A stretch of DNA of 64,000 nt from Lingula anatina. Its lineage: Eukaryota; Animalia; Brachiopoda. Position 1 is the first letter of the stretch, and every line of letters begins with the position of its first letter. The stretch is from NCBI GenBank assembly GCA_051362555.1, contig JBPQGU010000016.1, positions 6,014,001-6,078,000 on the forward strand. Direction: 5' to 3'. Below are positions 38,211 through 50,962 of this stretch, piece by piece. The position numbers were made by a program, and so were the translations under genes. The notes under the pieces were generated by a model. It made no database searches, had not been told where the DNA came from, and saw nothing but the letters and a program-made list of their open reading frames with translations.

Positions 38211-40285
38211 GTGTCTGTACATATTGCCATCACCTGCTTCTGTCCTCACCGGTGTCACTGTCCTCGTCAGTGTCCCGTCGTCGCCGTGCACTTTCCTTGT
38301 AAACACGATAAGTGGAAGGCAGTTTTACTTTCTGGCTTTATATTTACAGAGCTGATGAATATTCATAAAACGCAGGTCAAGTTTGAAAATCAGCATGATT
38401 GGGCCATTATTGTAGAAGTTATGCTGTTTTTTTCACTTTTCAGCATATATGCAACACTGTAAACACATTTCAAGGAAAACCTATAGGCCTGTTGTCATGA
38501 AACTCATAGGAAAAATCGATCTTACTAAAACGCAGGTCAAGTTCGAAAATCGGCATGCAGCCTGAGTTGGAAGAGCAGTCTAATTAGATTCTTTTTCTGG
38601 AAGTTATACATTTTCAAAGTGTGAACTTGAACTCCCATGGGCCTGAAGCCTTATGCTTGTTACACATTTTACTTTGGAATTACCTGTTGAGCATTATTAA
38701 AATTTGATGTTGAATTTGCAGTTTAACATAATGTACTTTTGCATCAGAATTGACAGTACCCTATTTTGTTTTTTCCTGCTTTTTGTCTGTACATTTGACA
38801 GCTTTGCTGCCTTGTTTCACATTTCCTCAGATTCAATTCATAGGCATGCTAACAGTTTCATTATTCAATTAATAAGATCATTGCAGTTTGTCAGATTCAA
38901 TCATTCACTATGTTCAGAATCTCAAAATGGAAGAATTTTAACATTTAACACTGTTCTATTGATATTTTTCTCATCTCATCAATTTTCTTAGTTGATCATA
39001 TAAAAATGGCAGTAAACTGTTAATTTTGTTTTATGTGAAAAATTGTTAAAAAAGGGAAAAAAATACATTTCAGAACAGTGCTGTCTTGTTTACATTTTGG
39101 CATTTTCAAGTTGTGACTTTGAAGTTCCATGGGCCTGAAGACCTTTGCTAGTCACATTTTCTGAATATCTATGATACTAATATTTTATTATTAAAAATGG
39201 ATGGTCATTATGCTGTTAAACATTATGTAATATTGCATCAAAATTTGAAAAAAACCTATTTTGGGCACTGCTCCCATGATGACCATTTAAGAAAAACCAT
39301 GTCCAGGCCCGTAGCCAGCAATTTCAAATGGGGGGTTCGTTTTCTGAAAAAGTGGACTTTTTACCATAAAACCTTCTTGTGCCTAGATCAAATTTTATCC
39401 AAAGTGGACCTTTTACCGGCAAAAAGGGCGGTTCTTTCGAACCCCCTGAACCCCCCCTGGCTACGGGCCTGATGTCACTTACTGTTCTCAAACTTACAAG
39501 AAAGAAACTTGGGACTAAAATACAGCTTCAGTAGGCAATGCAGTCTGTTTGGTAATTCTCACGGCCCGTTAGATATTTTTTTTTGTGAAAATTTAATTTT
39601 TCACATATTGCCATTTTCAAGGTGTGACTTTGAAATTCCACGGGCTTGAAGACCCATGGTCCCAATCTTTTTTTTTTATGAAAATTTAATTTTTCACATA
39701 GTTTTTTTGTGAAAATTTAATTTTTCACATATTGGCATTTTCAAGGTGTGACTTTAAAGTTCCACAGGCTTGAAGACCCATGCTAGTCACATTTTCTGAA
39801 AATCCATAATACGTTTATTTTATTATTAAAAATTGATTGTCATTATGCTGTTAACCATTATGTAATATTGCATCAGAATAGAAGAAAACACAATTTTGGG
39901 TGCTGCTGCCATGGTGACCATTATGGGAAAACCATGTTACTTATGATTGCCAAACTTCCAAAAAAGAAATACAGCACTAAAATGCAGCCTGAGTTGGAAA
40001 AGCAGTCTAATTGGCCTCTTTTTCTGGAAGTTATACATTTTCAAAGTGTGAACTTGAACTCCCATGGGCCTGAAGCCTTATGCTAGTTACACATTTTACT
40101 TACATTGGTATTACCTGTTGAGCATAATTAACATGATGTACTTTTGCATCAGAATTGACAGTAGCCTATTTTGTGCATAGTTATTTCCTGTTTTTTTGTC
40201 TGAACATTTGACAGCTTTGCTGCCTTGTTTTAACTTACAAGAATGGTTCTTAGGATTGACATACATCCCAAATTAGAAAAACAGC

Positions 40286-40374
<89 letters not shown>

Positions 40375-41694
40375 GACGAGGCCGAAACGGCTGTAGGGCA
40401 TTTTTTTATAAAATGGAGAGAAAAGTCTAATTTATTCGTATCCTTGATTTTATATATATATATATATATATATATTTTGTTTTTTTTATTTTAAGCAATT
40501 TTTTTTTTTTGGTGAAATTTTCGCTTTTTCTCATTCTGGCATTTCCAAAGTATGAACTTTAACTCTTATCAGTCTGAAGCCTTACGGACCATTTCTAGAC
40601 CCTGTCACACTAACTGTGCATCGATCTATCTCCAAGGGAATTCTCGCTAAACTGCAATCAATGTAAGTGGCTTAGCTGTCTGTCATGCCTACTGAAACTG
40701 GCATGCCAGAATCCTAAGCCGCTTAAGCTGAAAGCAATTTAGTGAGAACCCCCTTGGAGTTGGATTGATCCTGTTAGATTGATCTAGGTATGGGAACTCA
40801 GTCTAATGCTTGTTACACATTTTACTTTCATCCTAATCCACTGTTATGCAGAATCAGAATTTGATGTTGGCTATGCAGTTACAGTAAGCATAGTACATCA
40901 GTGCATCAGAATTGACAGTATCCTATTTTCTGCATTTTTATTTTCTGGTATTTGTCTGTATATTTGACAGCTTTGCTGCCTTGTTAATTATTTTATTATT
41001 GAAAAATTGATGGCCATTTTCCTGTTAAGCGTTATGTAATATTGCATCAAAATTGATGAAAACCCAATTTTGGGCACTGCCTCCATAGTGATCATGAAAG
41101 GAAAACCATGTCACTTACTCTTCTCACACTTACAAGAAAGAAACATAGGACTGAAATACAGCTTCAGTTGGAAAATCTGTCTCATTAGTTAATTTCCGGG
41201 AAGTTATACAGTTTTTTTTTTTTTTTTTTTTTTTTTTTTGTGAAATTTTTTTTCTTTCATATATTGGAATTTTCAATGTGGGACTTAGAGCTCCATTGGG
41301 CATGAAGCCCAGTGGTAATCAAATTTTCTTAATGTCCATGTTTTTAATAGTAGATATATAAAAATTGGTGGTATTTATACAGTTAATCATTATGTAATGT
41401 TGCATCAAAATTGACAAAAAACCTACTTTGAGCACTGCCACCATTAACGTTATGGAAAGAAAACTGTGATACTTTCTATTTTTTTAACTAGTCTTACCAG
41501 AATGATTCTTAGGATTGATATACAGCTCATATTAGAAAACCAGCTCTGTTGGATTATCATCTTTATTAAATTTATGCATTTTTTTGTGAAATTTTCATTT
41601 TTCTCATTCTGGCACTTTCTAAGTATAAACTTGAACTCTGATGGGCCTGAAGACTTATGCTTTTACTTTCGTCAGTGTTACCTGTTGTGCATAA
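38211..41694 (+). mobile_element. Cluster of partial family A copies
   Basis: Partial head at 38211; tails at about 38785-38817, 40197-40231 and 40953-40986. Includes (TA)n at 40271-40372 and a Harbinger-like MITE at 40585-40803. Confidence 0.7.
39304..39471. mobile_element. MITE with 15-bp TIRs and 5-bp TSD (hAT5-like)
   Basis: CAGGCCCGTAGCCAG / CTGGCTACGGGCCTG; TSD ATGTC at 39299-39303 and 39472-39476. Other family A copies show the empty site CATGTCACTTACT. Confidence 0.85.
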
Positions 41695-44500
41695 TTGTAC
41701 CACCAGCGTAGGCCACCAGCGTAGGCCACCAGCGTACCACCAGCGTACACATGGTTTTAGTCCCGACCCGTATGTTCCGCCGGCTCCGCCGGCTCCTGCG
41801 GCTCCTGCGGCTCCGCCGCCAAGTCACCATTACCGCTTCTCCTCCTAGACTACTAGGGCCTGCGTACCAATCTCTTGGATTTAGGTCACCTATAATCTCA
41901 ACTCGTTCCACGTAAAATTTGGGCTTTGTCAGTATTGGGGTCTAGGTGTGGCATTCATTGCAATGCACCCTTGTCCAAAAATGGCAAAATTAAATGCTAA
42001 TTATCTACCCTATGGAAGGAATTATGGGAAAAATTTCTACAGACGGCTTTCCAAAAGTCATATGTGTAGATTTCAAATATGCCCTTGGATTTGACATTTG
42101 ACCTTTATTTCAAGGTCAAACGGGCCAAAATTTTCAAAAAAAACGAATTTTTTTATGAAAAAATTTTTTTTGCGCTGTTATTCAGACACTACACAGACTT
42201 AACCAATAATATTATTGGAAAGTGTTACCCTTCAGGTCATCTTTCATCTCTGTGAATATGGGGTCATTCGGTGCATTTTCAGGGGAGTAGCGGCCATAAG
42301 ATACCGAAACTGAAAACTGTCTCTAATTCAGGAACCGTGAATGCTAGAGACGCATTCGTTTTTACATTTGGTAGAACATGTAAAGCCCAATACTATAAGT
42401 GGTCTCCGTTTTTTTGTATTCCATACGGTTTTTGAGTTACACTGTATCAAAAAGTACATATTGGTGGTGAAAGCAAAATGTGCAGTACGGTAATGGATAA
42501 TAAATTTTGAACCCCGGAAAAATACAACATAAGGCTTGGCGAGGCAGACAACTTGTGGTCAAAAATGACATTATTTCATCAAATTTGAACATCTGGAACC
42601 TCAGAGCACCTTCTATTTCAAGAATTTTGACCAAAATGACCTTTTCTTTATTTTAATTAATTTTTTCTGTAGGAAATTTATGGCACATTATTGTAACTCC
42701 AAAATTATAACATTTAGTCCCTTATATCTCCAAAACTGGCATAGATAGGTCCATTGTTACTATTGAAGTTGAATAGGAAGTCATATACTGGCAATCTAAA
42801 TGTGACCTTGAAATTGACCTTTGACCTACTTTTCATCATGAATTGAACTTTGCACATTTTGGTTCCTTTTTATCTCCAAAACTGGCAGAGATAGGTCCAT
42901 GGTTACTATTGAACTTGAATAGGAAGTCATATACTGGCAATCTAAATATGACCTTGAAATTGACCTTTGACCTACTTTTCATCATGAATTGAACTTTGCA
43001 ACTTTTTAATGCTTTTATTTTCAAAACTGGCAGAGATATGCCCATAGTTACTATTGAATTTGAATAGAAAGTCATTAGAGGCAATTTACTGTGACCTTAA
43101 AATTGACCTTTGACCTACTTTTAACCATGAACTGAACTTTGCAAATTTTGTTCCCTTTTATCTCCAAAAACTAGCAGAAATAAGTCCATAGTTACTATTG
43201 AACTTGAATAGAAAGTCATATACTGGCAATCTAAATGTGACCTTGAAATTGACTTTTGACCTACTTTTCATCATGAATTGAACTTTGCAAATTTTGTTCC
43301 CTTTTATCTCCAAAACTAGCAGAGATAGATCCATAGTTACTATTGAACTTGAATAGGAAGTCATATAATGGCAATCTAAATTTTACCTTGACATTGACCT
43401 TTGACCTACTTTTTATCATGAATTGAACTTCGCAAATTTTGGTTCCCTTTTATCTGCAAGACTGTCAATGATATGTCCATAGTTATTATTGAATTTGAAT
43501 ATAAAGTCATTAAAGTCAATTTACTGTGACCTTAAAATTGACCTTTGACCTACTTTCTACCATGAACTTAACATTGCAAATTTTGGTTCCCTTTTATCTC
43601 CAAAACTGGCAAAAATACGCCCATAGTAACTATTGAATTTGAATAGAAGTCATTAGAGGCAATCTAAGTGTGACCTTGAAATTGACCTTTGACCTACTTT
43701 TCATCATAAATTGAATTTACAAATAGTTTACAAATTTTGGTTCCCTTTTATCTCCAAAACTGGCAGAGATAGGTCCATTGTTACTCTTGAGCTTGAATAT
43801 GAAGTCATTAGAGGCAATTTACTGTGACCTTAAAATTGACCTTTGACCTACTTTTTACCATGAATTAACATTGCAAATTTTGGTTCCCTTTTATCTCCAA
43901 AACTGGCAAAGACAGCCCATAGTTACGATTGAATTTGAATAGGAAGTCATATACTGGCAATCTAAGTGTGACCTTAAAATTGACCTTTGACCTACTTTTA
44001 ACATGAACTGAACTTGGCAAATTTTGGTTCCCTTTTATCTCCAAAACTGGCAGAGAAAGGCCCATAGTTGCTATTGAACTTGAATAGGAAGTCATATACT
44101 GACAATCTAAATGTGACCTTGAAATTGACCTTTGACCTACTTTTTATCATGAATTGAAGTTTACAAATTTCGGTTCTCTTTTATCTTCAAAACTAGCAGA
44201 GATAGGTCCATAGTTACTATTGAACTTGAATAGGAAGTCATATACTGAAAATTTACTGTGACCTTGAAATTGACCTTTGACCTACCTTACTATGAACTAA
44301 ACTTTGATTGTACCATTTTTAGTTATATACATTTTTTTTGCATTTTTTGAGAATTCTTGTTGATTGCATTTTTTACAGCTTGTCAAGCACAAGACTGGTG
44401 GTGGTGTCCCTTTTTTGTGTGTGTGGGGGTCTATACGATCGCGCTTACTCCAGCTGGTGGTACAATATTCGGAGGCGGTATCGCCTCTCTGATCCTCTAG
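41695..44500 (+). mobile_element. Family B HINE, full length
   Basis: Inserted into host GCATAA|TTAAAATTTG. About 11 diverged 146-bp units (about 42720-44290) and the canonical tail ending CTAG. Confidence 0.85.
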
Positions 44501-47500
44501 TTAAAATTTGATGTTGACTGTGCAGTTACAGTAAGCATAGTATATCAGTGCATCAGAATTGACAGTATCCTATTTTCTGCATTTTTATTTTCTGGTTTTT
44601 GTCTGTACAATGTCAACAATTTTGTTGTTGAGTGTGTAGTTAAACATAATGTATTATTGCATCAGAATTGGCAGTCTCCTATTTTGTGCATTATTGTTTT
44701 GGGCTTTTCTTAAGGTGTGAGGTATGGGCCTGAAGACCTTTGATAGACAAAAAAATACTTTGTGCACTGCCATCACTGCCACTGCCACAAATTTTATGAA
44801 AAGAAAACTTTGTTACTAGCATTTTTAATTTTTTTAACTTACAAGAATGATTCTTAGGATTAACATACAGGTCAAATTAGAAAACCAGCTCTATTGGACT
44901 ATCATTTTTAGTACCACCAGCGTGTATGCTGGAGGTACTCATGGTTTTAGTCCAGACCCATATCCTACGGCTCCGCCGGCTCCGCAGGGTGGCATGGGAT
45001 ACAAGTCACCGTTTCCGCTTCTCCTCCTAGACCGCAGGGACCTGTGTCCCCATCTCTTGGATTTAGGTCATATATAATCTCAACTTGAACCCCCTGTTTT
45101 TATGTACAGACACAGATGTGTCTGTACATATAGCCATCACCTGCGTCTGTTGTCGCCGTCGTCGCTGTCGTTGCCGTCGTCGCCATCGCCGTGCACTTTT
45201 ACCGATAACACCATAAGTGGAAAACCGTTTTTTCTTTTGGCTTGAAACTTACAGAACTGATGAATATTCATAACAGGCAGGTCAAGTTCAAAAATCAGCA
45301 TGATCGGGCCATTTTTGGGGAATTTATGCTGTTTTTTTCACTTTTTTCAGCATTTATGTAGCACCGATAACATGATAAGTGGAAAACCGTTTTACCTTTT
45401 GTTTGAAACTTACAGAACTGATGAATATTCATAATACGCAGGTCAAGTTCGAAAATCAGCATGATCGGGCCATTAATATGGAAGTAATGCAGTTTTTTCA
45501 CTTTTTTCAACATTTATGCAACACCGATAACACAATATTTGAAAAACCATTTTACCTTTTGGCTTGAAACTTACAGAACTGATAAATATTCATAATATGC
45601 AGGTCAAGTTTGAAAGTCAGCATGATAGGAACATTTTCATGGAAGTCAGCTGTTTTTTCACTTTTTTCAGCATATATGCAACAGCGATAACACGATAAGT
45701 CAAAAACCGCTTTACTTTTTGGCTTGAAACTTACAGAACTGATGAATATCTATAATACGCAAGTCAAGTTCGAAAATTGGCATGATCAGAGCATTTTTAT
45801 AAAAGTTTTGCTGTTTTTTCACTTTTTTTCAGCATATATGCAACACCTATTTAAGGAAAATCGATTGGCCAATCGCTTGAAATTCACAGTAGTGATCAGT
45901 GTTACTGAAATACAGATTAAGTTTTGAAAATAAGCTTGATCAGTAAAGGTTTGGTGAAGTTATGCCTTTTTTTGTATATAAGTGTTTTTTTCCTCAAATT
46001 TAATTCTCAGGCATGCTAACAGTCTCATTTTTGAACTAATTAGATATGTAAAGTTGTTCTTTTGACATTTTCTGCATCTTAACAACATTGTTAGTTGATT
46101 ATAAAAAAATGATGGTAAACCTTATATTGTGTATTGTTTAATAAGTGTCAAAAATGGAAAAAGATAACATATCTTTACAGTTTGTCAGATTCAACCATTC
46201 ACTATGTTCAGAATTTCAGAATGGAGCAAGTTGGACATTTATAATTTTTCTATTGATATTTTTGCTTTGACAACATATTTTTTGATTGATCATATAAAAA
46301 TGACAGTAAATTGATTATTTTGCTTTATGTAAAAAAGGTGTTGAAAATGGAAATAAACTCTTTCAATACAGTTTTCTCTTGTTTACATTTTGTTATTTTC
46401 AAAGTATGACTCTGAACTCTATAGGCTAGTCACATTTTCTGAATATCCATGATACTTTTATTTTATTATTAAAAAATTTATGGTTATTATGCTGTTAAGC
46501 ATTGTGTAATATTGCATCAAAATTGAACAAAACCCTATTCTGGGCACTGCCTCCGTAGTGGCGGTAAAAGGAAAACCATGTCACTTGCTCTTCTCACACT
46601 TACAGGAAAGAAACATAGGACTGAAATACAGCTTCAGTTGAAAAATTGTCTCATTAGTTAATTGTTTGGAAGTAATACCGTTTTTTTGTGAAAATTTTTA
46701 TCTTTCACATGTTGCAATTTTCAATGTGGGACTTAGAGCTCCCTTGGGCATGAAGCCCAGTGGTAATCAAATTTTCTTGATGTCCATGTTTTTAATAGTA
46801 GATATTTTAAAATTGGTGGTGTTTATACAGTTAATCATTATGTAATGTTGCATCAAAATTGACAAAAAAACCTACTTTGTGCTCTGCCACCATTAATATT
46901 ATGTAAAGTAAAGTGTTACTTTCTATTTTTTTAACTATTCTTACAAAAATGATTCTTAGGATTGACATACAGCTCATATTAGAGAACCAGCTCTATTGGA
47001 TTATCATTTTTATTAAATTTATGAATTTTTTGTGAAATTTTCATTTTTCTCATTCTGGCACTTTCTAATTGTATACTTGAACTCTGATGGGCCTGGAGCC
47101 TTATGCTTTTACTTTCATCAGTGTAACCTGTACATTGTGCATAATTAAAATTTGATGTTGACTGTGCAGTTAAACATAATGTATTATTGCATCAGAATTG
47201 GCAGTCTCCTGTTTTATTTTGTGCATTATTGTTTTATGCTTTTCTTAAGGTGTGACTTATGGGCCTGAAGTTTACAAAAGAAAAAAATTTGTGTAATGCC
47301 AACATTTATGCTATAGATGAATAACAGTGCCTTATTATCCTCAAACACATTGGGGTTATTCATATCATGTTAATACAGCAAGATTAAAAGTTTGAATAGC
47401 AGCTTTATTGGATTTTTTCTTTTTAATTTTTTCCCTAAACACTGGCATTTTCAACTCCCATCCACCTGAAGCTCTTCAGATTTTCTGTATTCCCACATAA

Positions 47501-50500
47501 GCAGTTGCATAGGTTTTTATGTCTTTAAACATTATGTAATATTATTTTATGCACTGTCAACATTTTTCAAATATTGGGATTTTCATTATGTGAATTTGAA
47601 CTCTCATGGTCCAGAAACTGTAATCTTATTGCAGGGGTGGATTGAAGCCGTCTTCTGGGTTTTTCAGATGATGGTCAGATTTTAAAGTTTACATTGACTG
47701 GTATCAATTTTTTTCTGTTGGAAGACCATCAAAAGTGGAGGATGGATCAACAAAAATACTTTGGAATACTGTCAGAAAATACCGTGTAGCTATTAAAAAA
47801 CACGACAACTGGTACGCGTTTAATCGATAACTGATTTAATACTCGTCAGATTACCATCCGCCCCCTTCCTTATGAATAGGTATTACTTTATTAATACAAT
47901 GCAACCGACGTGTAGCCGCATGTTAGAAGACAATGTGTGACTACGCACAGCAGTATGAGGCCGCTACCCCTTCCCAGCAAGGAGTCAACTAAGCCGCAAG
48001 TTAGAAGACAATGCGTGATTACTAACAGCAGTAGGAGGCCGCTACCGCTCCCCAGCAAGGAGTCAACACAGCAGTGCGTAACCCGGGCTTAATTAGGGGT
48101 TATTAGTTGTCCACTTATGATCGGTATTGTTCGTCTTGATTGCAGCACACTTCCTACTCACTATTGGTTCGCCCGCCTCTTCTTTAAATGCTCTCTCAAA
48201 CCTTTCCTCAGTCAGCCAAGAATGGAAACACGTTTATCTGCCGATAAACTTCGTCGTTGATGTATTTTTTGGCATCCTTCTACAGTGGGCCATAAGGCTC
48301 TATCTATGATTTTTTTTCGTCTGGCATTTTACCAGATTAGGCTGACACTTGAAAACTAAATTAAATGAATAATTTTCTCACGTGCACGTATCCAGCTAAT
48401 TTTACGACAATAACTTCCACGGCACCTCCACCATTTGCAATTGTAGACGAACCACGTGTTTCCAACTGATAGGCCCATACAACTATACCAGACCCATTGC
48501 ACGATAAAAAACCATTTATATTTAATGAATTTAAAAAAATTTGGGAATCGCAATTTTCTATTGATAAACTTTCGATGGTATCCCTGTATTAAATCATCCA
48601 CTGCTACCCCCTCTATTGTAGTGTAGCATGACTCGTATCACAAGATGGTCTTAGAAATGAAGTAAGACAGGCCTACACTCTGATAGTTTAAGCTATTATT
48701 AACCCTAATGTCGTTTCTTGTCATTCATTCTAGAACTCTCTGAGCCATCGCAAAGTTATTTGCCAGGACATTAAAAGGCTACTTCTTAATGGATTTTTTT
48801 TTTATTTTCACTGAGTCCAAAAATGTTCGAGGACGTCTCTGTCGTTATCGCCGTTTCTCGAACGTCATTTAAACGGCGTTGAATGGCAGTCCCAGACAAA
48901 GGATCGGAAGTTTCTAAATAAAAGAACTTATAAATGCTGCCACTAGCCAGTTATTGTTCCTAAGTAAAGAGAGGCGATAATGATCTGTTCTTTCTTCTAG
49001 CTTAGTCTGTCGACTAAAATGAACAGGGTTAGGCCTACAATGCAACCACCAATTATTACGACCATTAATGAGGTTCTTTGCTACACTCCCTTTCTTCATG
49101 ATCGCAAAACCCGTGGGGTGCTGTGTTTTAAATATATATATATAAAAGGGGTCTCGCGAGGTGAAGCTATAATAATGAACTAAAATCCGATGAATAGGCC
49201 TATTTAATAAACCATGAAGCACGTAGCCTAGGCCTCTTCTTTGACCGACATCAAATTTTTACATTCTTTGTTTTAATAAGAGGGCGAACGTAGTCTAATT
49301 TGTCTTTTCGTGGTGATTTTGCTCGAAGTAGCGGAGTCAAGTAAATCGGTGATTTACCGTTGGTAAGAGTAGCAATCATCCCTCCTGCGTCCTCACAGAT
49401 TACTTTCTAACCCCCCGTAATTAACGCAGTCAGGAAGAAGCGCTGAAATAGGGGATTTTGTATCAGGGAAAAGTTTAGTATTAATCTTATGTTATCACGT
49501 ATCTGTATTATGTAATCATGTAACTCATTTTCCCAAGGCAACCACCAATTATGACGACCATTAATGAAGTTCTCTGCTACACTCTTTCCTCTCCTCTCTC
49601 GTGAAACCCTGATGGTGTTGGGTATATTTGGGGTAGTTTACTATAGCATGCTACACTCTCCTCATGATCACTTGCTCGATCGTGAAATCTGGAGTGAAAC
49701 CCTTGGTTTATCTAACAATGGTTTAAATAAATAAAAAGGGTGTCACGGAGGTGAAGCTGCTTAACTCATAAGAATAATGAACGAAAAAATACGATGAACA
49801 TTTAATACACCACGAGGAACGTATGTTTTGACCGTCATCGCCTTTTTTACATAAGATGTTTCATCAAGAGGGCAGATGTAGTCCAATGTGTCTTTTGTTG
49901 GTGATTCTGCTTCAGGTGGCTGAGTGTAGTTGATCGGTGAAGTACCATTGGTAAGAGTAGCAATCATCACATCCGCGTCCGAACGGATTACTTTCCAACC
50001 CCCCATAATTAACGCAGCCAGGAATAGGCTCTGAAATAGGGGGTATTATATCAGAAATTAATTTTTGTAATTATCTATCCGTAAAATAAGAATCGTTACA
50101 TTATCACGTATTTTTCCAGATGGAAAATATATTATAATATGCACATTGATCAAATTATAAAGAAAATCTCCAGATGTAAACAAAGGTCAGTCAAGTATCA
50201 CTCATCCCAGGCTGCAGGGCAGATAAAGAGAATTGAATGAAGCGCGAGTGATCTGGCAACCCTTCAATTTCGTCATAATGATTCATGGGCAAACAATAGA
50301 AGCATGAAATTAACACCTTTACAGTGTGAAGGACGACACCTAATGAGGCTTTTGTTTTTTTCCCTGGGTGGCTATTACAAAGTAAGAATGTTGACGTATT
50401 AAGTGTTATCTGCTTCCTGGTGAAGACTTTTGCGTGTTCAAAGGAACAATGGAAATGTCATTTCAAAACAAAGAGCCACATTTCCCTACTTAGGTGGCCA

Positions 50501-50962
50501 AAATATTGTCAATGAAACGCAAAAAAAAAAAAGACAAAATCACCAGCTGTTACTGACTGAGTCTAACTCAAATGCAAAAAGGTACGCACAGCGACAAAGC
50601 GCTATTGTAAACAATGACCCTACGATGAGATCAATAGATGTATAAATGACTTATTGTACTATAAAATTGTACCCCTGCCCCTACTTGTATATTATTACAC
50701 ACATAAGGCCACCCTATACCAGAGTTGTAGATTGATTTTTCATTACGCAGTCTCTTGCACTGAAGAAAAATACTCATATAATTTGCGGTCCTAGTAGAGG
50801 GTCGGTCTTCTCTCATTTTTCATAAATCAAAATAAACTAGCAAACATGAAAATTGACAAGCTGCATTAGGTTGTAAAGTGTTGAGAACCCTTTAACAAGG
50901 TGTATGGTAATATGCACGTTTAGACAAATTTTAATTTTAATTTCATTTAAATTTAATTTTAA

